From: an uncultured bacterium
Lineage (GTDB): Bacteria; Patescibacteriota; Minisyncoccia; Phycocordibacterales; PALSA-1337
Reading direction: 5' to 3'
NCBI GenBank assembly: GCA_903872035.1
Contig: CAIQIZ010000022.1
Coordinates: 5,156 to 69,155 of the forward strand
DNA length: 64,000 nucleotides
The notes under the pieces were generated by a model. The model was not told the origin of the DNA, ran no database searches, and was given only the letters and a program-made list of their open reading frames with translations. This document shows, piece after piece, positions 50,178 through 59,715 of this stretch. A program made the position numbers and the translations under genes. Numbering within the stretch: position 1 is the first letter of the stretch; every line of letters starts with the position of its first letter.

Positions 50178-50261
50178 AAGTAGGGCCAGTCGGGCCGAAA
50201 TTGATGAGCGATAATTCTGGCTGATTTGGGTAGGTGGGAGGAGCGCATCCACTTTGAAAGC

Positions 50262-50335
50262 ACTTTAGTCAACTAAAGTCAGATTGCAGAAAAACAACTG
50301 CAAATTTTGAACCTCCTACTTTAGTCAACTAAAGT
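50262..50335. repeat. Two copies of the palindrome ACTTTAGTCAACTAAAGT
   Basis: Identical 18-mers at 50262-50279 and 50318-50335, inside flanking inverted GTAGGTGGG/CCCACCTAC. Confidence 0.85.
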
Positions 50336-50464
50336 GTGTGCAAAATGAACAACATACCCCCACCTACGAACCACGGCCGATTTTAGAATCCACAGTGAAA
50401 TCGTCAAGATTACTGTTATAATTGAAACACCGCAACTCAATTGTGATCTTAATTGGAAATTCTC

Positions 50465-51013
50465 ATGAACCTATCCGCTCAAATCGAAGCCATCCTCTTT
50501 TGGAAAGCTGAACCAGTTTCATTTAAAAAACTGGCGTCATTGCTGAACGTTGATTTGACTGCGGTTGAAGCCGGCATCGTCGAACTTGAATCAGCATTGA
50601 AGGGAAGGGGACTTACCTTAATTCAAACAGACGAAGAAGTCATGCTTGGCACTTCCAAAGAGATGTCGCCAATAATCGAACAATTGACTAAGGATGAGCT
50701 GACTCGTGATTTGGGAAAGGCTGGACTAGAAACGCTTTCAATAATTCTCTACCAAGGACCTATTTCACGAGCCGATATCGATTACATCCGTGGCGTAAAT
50801 TCTCAATTCATTCTGCGGAATTTGCTGATCCGCGGATTGGTCGAAAGGATAGACAATCCAAAGGATGCACGAAGCTTCTTATACAAGACAACCTTAGATC
50901 TCCTATCACATCTAGGAATTTCAAAAGTCACCGATCTGCCTGAATATGAGAATGTGAGGAAAGATATCGAGAGTTTCAAAACGGCCGCCCAAATTCGAAA
51001 TTCGAATTTATAA
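50465..51013 (+). CDS. scpB: Segregation and condensation protein B
   Basis: IEAILF, LETLSIILYQGPISRADIDYIRGV. Confidence 0.95.
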   Translation: MNLSAQIEAILFWKAEPVSFKKLASLLNVDLTAVEAGIVELESALKGRGLTLIQTDEEVMLGTSKEMSPIIEQLTKDELTRDLGKAGLETLSIILYQGPISRADIDYIRGVNSQFILRNLLIRGLVERIDNPKDARSFLYKTTLDLLSHLGISKVTDLPEYENVRKDIESFKTAAQIRNSNL

Positions 51014-51016
51014 CGA

Positions 51017-52120
51017 ATGCCGAATACCAGCCAAAAGATCGATCGTTTTTTTCTCATCACAGTGGGAATTTTGACTATATTCGGATTTGTAATATTCCTT
51101 TCGGCATCACTAGGACTTCTAGCTCAAAACGGGACTAGCTTTGCCACAGTGGCTGAAAAACAAACTATTAGCTTGTCGATCGGCGTAATCCTATTCTTTG
51201 TCTTCTCTAAAATCCAATATTCCTGGCCCCGTAAAGGCGCTCTATTCATCTTGGTCGGAGCTGTCATTATCAATCTCCTCTTATTCGTCCCGAGCCTGTC
51301 TCTCCACTTCAACGGGGCATCGCGGTGGCTAAAGCTCGGCTCCATGTCTTTCCAGCCTTCTGAACTACTGAAGATCGCACTGATAATTTATCTGGCAGCG
51401 TGGGCATATCTTACCAAGGATCGTATTGTGGAAATGAAACACGGCCTTATCCCTTTCGTGGCCATTATGTCGATCGTAAGTCTGTTACTCCTAGCGCAAC
51501 GCGACACAGATACCCTAGTCATCATTGCTGGCACCGGACTCATCATGTTCATAGTCGCCGGCATGCCTCTCCGGCACGTCTTGATCGTCGGTCTGCTCAT
51601 GGGAGTTTTGGTCGGCGGGGTAATTTTGGTTCGTCCATATGCTCTGGAACGCGTAAAGACCTATTTCAACAGACAGTCTGACTTGCAAGGCTCCGGTTAC
51701 CAGATCAACCAATCACTGATAGCCATAGGATCAGGTCAATTTTTCGGTCGTGGCTTTGGACAGAGCGTCCAAAAATTCGGTTACCTGCCCCAGCCAACAG
51801 ATGACTCCATATTTGCTGTGGCTGCTGAGGAATTCGGTTTTGTTGGGAGTATGGGTTTGCTCGTTCTTTACGTCTTGCTAGCAGCGAGCATTTTTCGCAT
51901 TGGCAATAGATCTGCTGACGTATTTGGCGGTCTTATCTGTATCGGCATCGCCATACTGATCATTATCGAATCATTCATGAATATGGGAGCCATGCTTGGT
52001 CTCATACCGCTATCTGGGATTCCTTTGTTATTCGTCAGTCACGGAGGTACGGCTCTCATCATCACGCTAATAACCATGGGAATAGTCGCCAATGTTTCCA
52101 AGTATTCACGTCAGGCCTGA
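51017..52120 (+). CDS. ftsW: SEDS peptidoglycan glycosyltransferase FtsW
   Basis: GASRW, FQPSE, GYQINQSLIAIGSG. Upstream of murG. Confidence 0.9.
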   Translation: MPNTSQKIDRFFLITVGILTIFGFVIFLSASLGLLAQNGTSFATVAEKQTISLSIGVILFFVFSKIQYSWPRKGALFILVGAVIINLLLFVPSLSLHFNGASRWLKLGSMSFQPSELLKIALIIYLAAWAYLTKDRIVEMKHGLIPFVAIMSIVSLLLLAQRDTDTLVIIAGTGLIMFIVAGMPLRHVLIVGLLMGVLVGGVILVRPYALERVKTYFNRQSDLQGSGYQINQSLIAIGSGQFFGRGFGQSVQKFGYLPQPTDDSIFAVAAEEFGFVGSMGLLVLYVLLAASIFRIGNRSADVFGGLICIGIAILIIIESFMNMGAMLGLIPLSGIPLLFVSHGGTALIITLITMGIVANVSKYSRQA

Positions 52121-52142
52121 TCTGATGTAATATATAGATACC

Positions 52143-53276
52143 ATGAAGATCCTATTCACCGGCGGTGGCACAGGCGGGCATTTCTATCCCATAATCGCTG
52201 TCGCTGAAGCGGTCAGGGAACGTGCGAAGGAACGCAGGATACTTGAGCCATCGCTGTTCTACATGGCCACCTCAAAATACAATCCTCGCTCACTATTCGA
52301 TAATGGAATTGAATTTGTGAACATTCCAGCTGGCAAGATTCGTCGATATTTCTCATTGTTGAATGTCACTGATCTCTTTAAAACCTTCATCGGCATCATC
52401 ATTGCTATTTTCAGAATGTTCTCCATATATCCCGACGTCGTCTTTGGAAAAGGCGGTTATGCCAGTTTCCCAGCCCTAGTAGCTGCCAGATTGCTGCGAA
52501 TCCCTGTAGTCATCCATGAATCTGATAGCCGACCGGGAAAGGTCAATGCTTGGGCCGGAAAGTTTGCCCAAAAGATAGCCCTGTCATATCCCCAAGCCGC
52601 CGAATTCTTTCCCAAACATAAGGACAGGATAGCTCTCACCGGTAATCCCATTCGACGAGAAATCGTTCAGCCACTATCCAATGGGGCTCATGAATACATG
52701 CTCCTCGAACTAGGAACGCCGACCATTTTAGTGCTCGGAGGTTCACAAGGTGCCCAAGCTATCAATGATGTGATGATCGAGGCCTTGCCGGAACTTTTGA
52801 ATAAGTATCAAATTATCCACCAAACCGGTAAGAATAATCTTGAAGGAATGAAGCAGATGTCGACACTTGTTCTCAAAGGCCACGAATACGCCTACCGGTA
52901 CCATCCATTGGATTACCTAAACGACCTTTCGCTCCGAATGTCCGCCGGCGTGGCTGACATAGTAGTTTCTCGCGCTGGGTCTACGATCTTCGAGATCGCG
53001 GCTTGGGGTATTCCATCGATCATCATACCTTTGCCGCATTCCGTTTCGCACGATCAGACCGACAATGCATTTGCCTACGCCCGGAGCGGGGCGGCCTCGG
53101 TCATCGAGGAGAACAACCTTAGCTCTCATATCCTCGTAGAAGAGATAGATCGGATAGTTGGGTCGGTCTCTTTGACTGCAACTATGAAGGAACATGCCAA
53201 AGCTTTTGCGCGTCTAGACAGTGCCCGAGTCATCGCCGATGGCATCCTAGACATTGCATTACAACATGAAAAGTGA
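52143..53276 (+). CDS. murG: MurG GlcNAc transferase
   Basis: GGGTGGH, GGSQGA, SRAG. Confidence 0.96.
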   Translation: MKILFTGGGTGGHFYPIIAVAEAVRERAKERRILEPSLFYMATSKYNPRSLFDNGIEFVNIPAGKIRRYFSLLNVTDLFKTFIGIIIAIFRMFSIYPDVVFGKGGYASFPALVAARLLRIPVVIHESDSRPGKVNAWAGKFAQKIALSYPQAAEFFPKHKDRIALTGNPIRREIVQPLSNGAHEYMLLELGTPTILVLGGSQGAQAINDVMIEALPELLNKYQIIHQTGKNNLEGMKQMSTLVLKGHEYAYRYHPLDYLNDLSLRMSAGVADIVVSRAGSTIFEIAAWGIPSIIIPLPHSVSHDQTDNAFAYARSGAASVIEENNLSSHILVEEIDRIVGSVSLTATMKEHAKAFARLDSARVIADGILDIALQHEK

Positions 53277-53333
53277 TAGAGTTATGGCCTAAAAGTCGTA
53301 ATTACAAGCATTTTTAATGCTCCTAATAATCAT

Positions 53334-53840
53334 ATGGAACCTAATTCTTCAGGTATAAAGACGTGGCAATGGGTAGTGACCGTCGTTGTCATTATCGTGA
53401 TCATCGTTATTTGTGTCTTGGTCTTTGGTGGTAAGGGCTCTCAAGCTCCCGCTACTGGAACCAACACGGTCAATACGACCGATCAGACAGCTGCTCTTAA
53501 TAAGATCGACATGAATGATCAGTTTCCTGGTAACGTTGTTTACATAAATACAGTCACTGTGGCCAATCCGAGCTGGGTGGTCATCCAATCTGACAATAGT
53601 GGACAACCTGGTGCCGTCATCGGTTCCGCTGAATACAAGGCTGGCATGAATCCTGGTGGAAAGCTCACACTCTCACAGGCCATGGTTGATGGAGGAACGT
53701 ACTACGCCGTCATCTACACCAATGATGGTAGCGGCAAGTTCAGCGCCGCCACCGACAAGCCTCTCACGGATTCTAGCGGAAATATCGTCATGAAGGTATT
53801 CCATGCCACGACTTCAGCTGGAGCGGGACTCAAAGGATAA
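53334..53840 (+). CDS. Membrane-anchored hypothetical protein
   Basis: N-terminal TM and a beta-rich domain (WVVIQ...GAVIG...YYAVIYTNDG). Confidence 0.7.
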   Translation: MEPNSSGIKTWQWVVTVVVIIVIIVICVLVFGGKGSQAPATGTNTVNTTDQTAALNKIDMNDQFPGNVVYINTVTVANPSWVVIQSDNSGQPGAVIGSAEYKAGMNPGGKLTLSQAMVDGGTYYAVIYTNDGSGKFSAATDKPLTDSSGNIVMKVFHATTSAGAGLKG

Positions 53841-53932
53841 GGAGCAAGGAGGAAGAAGCAAGGAGAAGGTCGGCGCTATGCCGGCCTTTTCTATTAATTG
53901 AATAGCTGAGCGATTACCGCTATACTATCGAC

Positions 53933-55273
53933 ATGGATGAACAAAAGAAAGTAGTAACCAGATTTGCCCCTTCTCCGACAGGCCTATTTCATGCTGGAAG
54001 CTACAGAACGGCCCTTTTTGCTTACATATTCGCCAGACAGAATAATGGTAAATTTATACTACGAATAGAGGATACTGACAAAATGCGGTCGACAAAGGAG
54101 TATGAGGATAACATCATTGAGAGTCTCAAGTGGCTCGGATTGTCGTACGACGAATTTTACAGACAATCGGATAGGACGGAGATCTATAAAAAATACATTA
54201 AAAAACTGATTGACTCTGGACACGCCTATGTTTCAGAAGAGACTCCCAAAGAAGCAGGTGATAGGGCTGAAGTGATACGTTTCAAAAACCCCAATAAAAA
54301 AGTGGCGTTCGATGACCTGATTCGAGGGAAGATAGAATTCGATACCACGGAATTGGGCGATTTCGTCATAGCAAAAAGCATAGATGAACCCGTATTTCAC
54401 TTGGTGAACGTCGTCGACGACTATGAAATGGGGATGACACATATCATCCGAGGAGAAGACCATATCTCAAATACACCGCGTCAGATTTTGATATTTGAAG
54501 CTATTGGAGCCAAACCACCGATCTACGCTCACATACCGCTTCTACTTGGAAAGGATCGCTCCAAGTTATCCAAACGAAAAGGAGCAATATCAATGACAGA
54601 ATACCGTAATCGCGGTTTTCTGCCAGAAGCTCTAGTCAATTATATGGCCTTGCTCGGCTGGCATCCGGCTGACGACATAGAAGTATTGTCGCTTGAACAG
54701 ATAATCAAGGATTTTACGCTCGATCGCGTACAAAAAGCGGGGGCCATCTTTGATGAGGAAAAGCTGCAATGGTTCGACCGCCAATACATAAGCAAGCTCA
54801 GCGACAATGACTTTCACTCGAAAGCGTCTGCTTTTATTCCCGAATGGTTGAAAACTGATAGTGTACGCCTGAACCGGTGCATTGTTCTGCTTCGCGAGAA
54901 GGTCTCCAGTTTCGGGGAAATCCCTAAACTATTTGAAGCTGACGGCGAGCTCGGTTTTGTCAAAGAATTGAAGAGCTACACGCCGGACATGCTTCTTTGG
55001 AAGAAAAATCCTAGCAAGGAAGCGGCAGCGGCGAATTTGAAGCAGGCTAGCGAATCATTAGAAGCTATTCCAGACGATTCATTTACTGCCGAGTCGATCA
55101 AAAATTCTATATGGAAATACGCCGAAGAGAAGGGTAAAGGCGATGTTCTCTGGCCACTCCGGATGGCTTTAACGGGTCAAGATAAGTCTCCAGATCCATT
55201 CAATTCCGCATTCATTCTTGGAAAGGTTGAATCTTTGACGAGAATCAAATATGCACTTGAAAAGCTCTCATAA
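53933..55273 (+). CDS. gltX: Glutamate--tRNA ligase
   Basis: RFAPSPTG, LRIEDTD, KLSKR. Confidence 0.96.
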   Translation: MDEQKKVVTRFAPSPTGLFHAGSYRTALFAYIFARQNNGKFILRIEDTDKMRSTKEYEDNIIESLKWLGLSYDEFYRQSDRTEIYKKYIKKLIDSGHAYVSEETPKEAGDRAEVIRFKNPNKKVAFDDLIRGKIEFDTTELGDFVIAKSIDEPVFHLVNVVDDYEMGMTHIIRGEDHISNTPRQILIFEAIGAKPPIYAHIPLLLGKDRSKLSKRKGAISMTEYRNRGFLPEALVNYMALLGWHPADDIEVLSLEQIIKDFTLDRVQKAGAIFDEEKLQWFDRQYISKLSDNDFHSKASAFIPEWLKTDSVRLNRCIVLLREKVSSFGEIPKLFEADGELGFVKELKSYTPDMLLWKKNPSKEAAAANLKQASESLEAIPDDSFTAESIKNSIWKYAEEKGKGDVLWPLRMALTGQDKSPDPFNSAFILGKVESLTRIKYALEKLS

Positions 55274-56588
55274 ATTTGAAACGTCGGCGCTTTTGCTCGT
55301 GTTCATGATTTGTAATTTCTTTTTTATATTTTCTCATGTTCGTGCCCAAACAGTAACTGAGCTTCAAACAAAGATAAATCAGCGTAACGACGACATCGCC
55401 AATCTTGAAAAACAGATCCAAGGATATCAAACGCAAATTGATACGCTGGGCTCGGAAAAGGCTACTCTGTCGGCCACACTTAAATCACTGGACTTGAATC
55501 GAAAGCAGTTAGAGGCCAAGATCGCCGTCACACAAGATCGGATTTCAGCCAAGACTTTTGAGATTCAACAATTTGGAACGCAGATCAATTCCAAACAGAA
55601 CGATATCGAAGACGATCAACAAGTCATCAGGCAAACATTCATGAGTCTGTCAGAAAATGGCGACCAGTCACTAGCCGAGATCATTTTAGGCGGCAAATCC
55701 ATATCCGGAACTCTCGATACGTTGGATTCATTGGGAACTTTACAGAAAAGCGTCAAGGATCACATCAACACCCTGAATACAGACAAAAGCCTTTTGGAAT
55801 CGAATAAGAAAGCGAGCGAGAGAGCAAAGAGTGAACTTGTGACGTTGAATAGCCAACTCGGTGATCAGCGAGCCATCGTGCTTTCTACTACTGCTGATAA
55901 GAATTCTATTTTGAAGCAAACCAATCAATCTGAAGCATCATATCGCCAACTGTTGGCAACAAAGAAGTCAGAAGAAGCGGCACTGCAACAGGAGATAGAC
56001 CAGTATGAATCTCAGCTGCATCTGTTGGTGAATCCTAGCCAGATCCCACATACAGGATCAGGTGTGCTTTCCTGGCCATTGGATAACATGTACCCGAATG
56101 TCTGTCCTCCTCCATCGAAGAGCTACTCTTCCTGCATCACTCAATATTTCGGCAATACCGATTTTTCTACTGCCAATCCGCAGATATATAACGGTAGCGG
56201 GCACCCAGGAGTAGATTTCCGTGCATCTATCGGAACACCTGTTAAAGCGGCTTTGTCAGGAGTCATTGTTGGCGTCTATAACACTGATCTTTACCCTGGC
56301 TGCTATTCCTACGGCAAATGGGTCATGATCAAGCATGGGAATGGTTTGTCGACTCTTTACGGACATCTTTCATTGCCATCGGTGGCAATAGGTCAGCAAG
56401 TAACGACTGGGCAGCTCATAGGCTACAGCGGGAACACCGGCGCCACTACCGGCCCACACCTTCACTTCGGAGTCTATGCCACCGCCGGCGTCGTCATCAA
56501 ACTCTTCACTAACAGCAAGCACTGCCAAGGTGCGACTATTCCTATCGCCGATTACAGCGCGTATCTGAATCCGTTGTCGTATTTGTAG
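55251..56588 (+). CDS. Coiled-coil plus M23 peptidoglycan DD-endopeptidase (EnvC/MepM-like)
   Basis: HPGVD, STLYGHL, TTGPHLHF. Confidence 0.92.
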   Translation: MHLKSSHKFETSALLLVFMICNFFFIFSHVRAQTVTELQTKINQRNDDIANLEKQIQGYQTQIDTLGSEKATLSATLKSLDLNRKQLEAKIAVTQDRISAKTFEIQQFGTQINSKQNDIEDDQQVIRQTFMSLSENGDQSLAEIILGGKSISGTLDTLDSLGTLQKSVKDHINTLNTDKSLLESNKKASERAKSELVTLNSQLGDQRAIVLSTTADKNSILKQTNQSEASYRQLLATKKSEEAALQQEIDQYESQLHLLVNPSQIPHTGSGVLSWPLDNMYPNVCPPPSKSYSSCITQYFGNTDFSTANPQIYNGSGHPGVDFRASIGTPVKAALSGVIVGVYNTDLYPGCYSYGKWVMIKHGNGLSTLYGHLSLPSVAIGQQVTTGQLIGYSGNTGATTGPHLHFGVYATAGVVIKLFTNSKHCQGATIPIADYSAYLNPLSYL

Positions 56589-56635
56589 GAGGTCAGACAT
56601 CTACACTGCATAGGTCTGACCTATGTATGTTTACA

Positions 56636-57433
56636 CTACCTCTTCACCTGATCCGATTTCCAAGTCAACTCGAAAATCATCTTGAACATATCGTGGATGA
56701 GCTTGTCTTCTATGACTAAGCCGATGAGCTTTTCGCTGGTAAGCTTAGTGATAGCCAGTTTGTCATTGTCGTAAAGCGTCATCTCGGCTTCGAAAGGGAA
56801 GATCTCTTTTGGCACGAAGCGGATATCAGGCCAAACCTCCTTCTTCAGGCCTTTGAAGACATCATCGTTGTATTTCCTGTTCTCTTCAGTATCTGGCACG
56901 ATCGCTCGCGTCGTTATGCCGATGCGCTCCTTCGATTTGATGAACTTATAGAGGGATTTTGAAGGAAGATAATTCTTGAAGGCTTGCCCATGCGAGAATG
57001 AAAGCATCTCGTATTTCTTCTTCTTTGAGACCATTTCTTCATATATGGAGATGATACCTTCAGAGTCATTGAAGTATCGGATGATGGGCTTGTTCGGATT
57101 CATGGCGAAAATGCCTTCGAGCTCGGGAATGAGCTCACGGGTCTTTTTGTATGCTTCATCGGCCATATCAGCCTGAGTTTTGGCGAAACGGACCAGCTTT
57201 TCCGGATTCTCTATCTGATAGAAGAGCTTCTTGCCACGTTCTATCTCTGTGACCAGGCCTTTGACGGACAATTCCAAAAGGATCTTATAGACCGTGCTCC
57301 TATTCAATTTGGTAAGCTCGGCGATTCGAGAAGGGTAGGCGCCTCCCAACTCCAATAAGGTGCTGAAAACTATAGCAGTCTTCTCGCTCAAGCCTGTCTT
57401 TTGTAAATGCCTAACTATTGCTTCGTTTTTCAT
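56636..57433 (-). CDS. TrmB family transcriptional regulator
   Basis: GLSEK...IAELTKLNRSTVY...L..KGLV HTH and a PLD-like C-terminal domain. Confidence 0.85.
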   Translation of the reverse strand: MKNEAIVRHLQKTGLSEKTAIVFSTLLELGGAYPSRIAELTKLNRSTVYKILLELSVKGLVTEIERGKKLFYQIENPEKLVRFAKTQADMADEAYKKTRELIPELEGIFAMNPNKPIIRYFNDSEGIISIYEEMVSKKKKYEMLSFSHGQAFKNYLPSKSLYKFIKSKERIGITTRAIVPDTEENRKYNDDVFKGLKKEVWPDIRFVPKEIFPFEAEMTLYDNDKLAITKLTSEKLIGLVIEDKLIHDMFKMIFELTWKSDQVKR

Positions 57434-57608
57434 GATGTGTCAATTATACCAGATTACTGAATATTTGTCACTATTTACGAACAAAATGTGTGGATATTGC
57501 AATATGTCGCTCAATTAGGCCATTTTGCGATTACTCATTCATACTGATAAGTAACAGAATTCGTGTGTTTGGTATAATAGCAACACATTAGTAATTAATA
57601 GTAAATAT

Positions 57609-58748
57609 ATGACAAAAACAACTAAGACAGTGCTAGGGATCGTAGGTATAGCAATTATCGTAGGTATAGCAATTATAGCGATAATCATAGCTGTTACTGC
57701 CAAGAATTCCAGTAAGCCGGCTTCGAATGAAAAACCTACGATAACCATAGGTGTGACTCTGCCGCTGACTGGTGATGTGGCTATGCTCGGCCAAAGCGCC
57801 AAGAACGCAATAGAGCTTGCGCAGTCGCAACTACCGACAAATCTGAAGTATAACTACAAACTCGTATTCGAAGACGATCAATTCAAGCCAGCACTCGGTG
57901 CAACAATAGCGAACAAGCTTATAAGCGTAGACCATGTCGATGCACTTATGTCTTTCGGCTCTCCAGTAGGTAGCGTCGTAAGTCCGATCGCCGAAAAGAA
58001 GGGTGCGCCACATGTGAATAGCTTCGCATCAGCATCACATGTAGCTGATGGAGATTACAACTTTCTGGACTACACGCCATCCTACGAAGACTCGGAGCTG
58101 TTCATTCAGGAACTTGAGAAACGAGGCATCAAGAAGATCGTATTCTTCGCACAGTCCGACAATCAAGGTGCGGCGTCGATAATAGATAGCTTTGAACGCG
58201 ATATCAAGAAGACTGATATCGAGGTGGTGTCGATCCAGAACTTTACAACTGGTACGAGAGACTTCCGGACTAACATAGACAAAGTGAAGGGTCTTAAGCC
58301 AGACATATATGTCCTGGAAGCGACCAGCCCGGAACTTGAAATTCTTACGAGGCAACTTCGCCAGGCCGGCATCAATACTCCCGTGACCACGATGGAAGCG
58401 TTCGAATTCTCGGACCAAATGTCTCTATTCGAAGGCATGTGGTATGTGAATGGTGCCGATGCCACTCCATGGTTCGTAGACCTCTATACGAAGACTTACG
58501 GTGTCAGTCCGAAGTTCGGCGCAGCGAATGACTACGATGGATTTAGTCTGCTCGTCAAAGCGGTCGAGGCGGCAGGAGACGGTAAGACAAAGCCGACTCA
58601 TGAGCAGATCAAGGATGCCTTAGCCAATATCAAGAGCTTTGACGGAGCTCTTGGCACCAATCAAACGATCGACTCAAATGGAATCGTGGACTCCAAAGCC
58701 GTGGTCAGAACTATCAAGAATGGTGTGCCGGTTACGATAGCACCGTAA
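57609..58748 (+). CDS. Branched-chain amino acid type ABC substrate-binding protein (LivK-like)
   Basis: IGVTLPLTG, FEDDQ, DFRT. Confidence 0.88.
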   Translation: MTKTTKTVLGIVGIAIIVGIAIIAIIIAVTAKNSSKPASNEKPTITIGVTLPLTGDVAMLGQSAKNAIELAQSQLPTNLKYNYKLVFEDDQFKPALGATIANKLISVDHVDALMSFGSPVGSVVSPIAEKKGAPHVNSFASASHVADGDYNFLDYTPSYEDSELFIQELEKRGIKKIVFFAQSDNQGAASIIDSFERDIKKTDIEVVSIQNFTTGTRDFRTNIDKVKGLKPDIYVLEATSPELEILTRQLRQAGINTPVTTMEAFEFSDQMSLFEGMWYVNGADATPWFVDLYTKTYGVSPKFGAANDYDGFSLLVKAVEAAGDGKTKPTHEQIKDALANIKSFDGALGTNQTIDSNGIVDSKAVVRTIKNGVPVTIAP

Positions 58749-58846
58749 TAATCAACTCGACATTCGAATCTTTCAAACAAACTCCGCTCCTCACCAAGCG
58801 GTTTTTGTTGTATAGTAAAGGCTACAAATCCGGCCAGCAACCATCC

Positions 58847-59713
58847 ATGGACATCATCCCGCAACTCATCGTCAATTCGATCATCGCCGGAGCGATATAC
58901 AGCATGGTCGCTTTGGGTTTCAATCTCATATATGGCACAACCAAATTCTTTGACCTAGGATACGGCGCTTTGGCGGCTGTAGGCGGATATTCGGTATTCT
59001 ATTTCTACAAAGGACTGGGCCTGAATCTTTACGTCGCTATCATTCTCGGTATCCTTATCTCTGGTGCGATCGGGCTTATTATTTATCGCCTAGTATACGC
59101 ACCGCTTCGGAAAAGGAAGTCTTCCGGAATGGTCCTCTTGGTGGCAGCACTGGGCGTGATGACGGCAGTCCAATCGATCGTAGCCATCTTATTCACCAGC
59201 CAATTTCAAACGCTTTCGCGAAGCGCTGGTAACGAAGCAGTCTACAATATCTTTGGGGGAGTGATCACGCAGACACAGCTCATCATTCTCATACTCGGCC
59301 TATTGATCATGGCCGCTATCGGGCTCATGTTCCGCTACACATTATTCGGCAAAGCCATAAAAGCTGTCGGCGACGATGAGGAAGTATCAAAAATCGTCGG
59401 TATAAATACGGTAAAAGTCATCGGCTGGGTCTTTTTCATCGGTTCTGCAATAGCCGGTTTGGCAGGGATACTCGTCGGCTTTGATACCGGCATAGAACCG
59501 ACGATGGGTTTGTCTCTGCTCCTTAAAGGCGTCATCGCTTCCATCATCGGCGGCATAGGCAATGTCTACGGTGGTGTTCTTGGCGCATTCCTACTTGGCT
59601 TCATAGAGAACTTCGGCATATGGCAAATATCAGGTGAATGGAAGGATGCTATAGCATTCGGAGTTCTAATTCTATTTTTGCTATTCAGGCCGCAGGGAAT
59701 CTTGAAACTCTAA
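58847..59713 (+). CDS. livH: Branched-chain amino acid ABC permease LivH-like
   Basis: ALGFNLIYG, FGKAIKAV...GIN, IIGGIG, RPQG. Confidence 0.88.
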   Translation: MDIIPQLIVNSIIAGAIYSMVALGFNLIYGTTKFFDLGYGALAAVGGYSVFYFYKGLGLNLYVAIILGILISGAIGLIIYRLVYAPLRKRKSSGMVLLVAALGVMTAVQSIVAILFTSQFQTLSRSAGNEAVYNIFGGVITQTQLIILILGLLIMAAIGLMFRYTLFGKAIKAVGDDEEVSKIVGINTVKVIGWVFFIGSAIAGLAGILVGFDTGIEPTMGLSLLLKGVIASIIGGIGNVYGGVLGAFLLGFIENFGIWQISGEWKDAIAFGVLILFLLFRPQGILKL

Positions 59714-59715
59714 AC

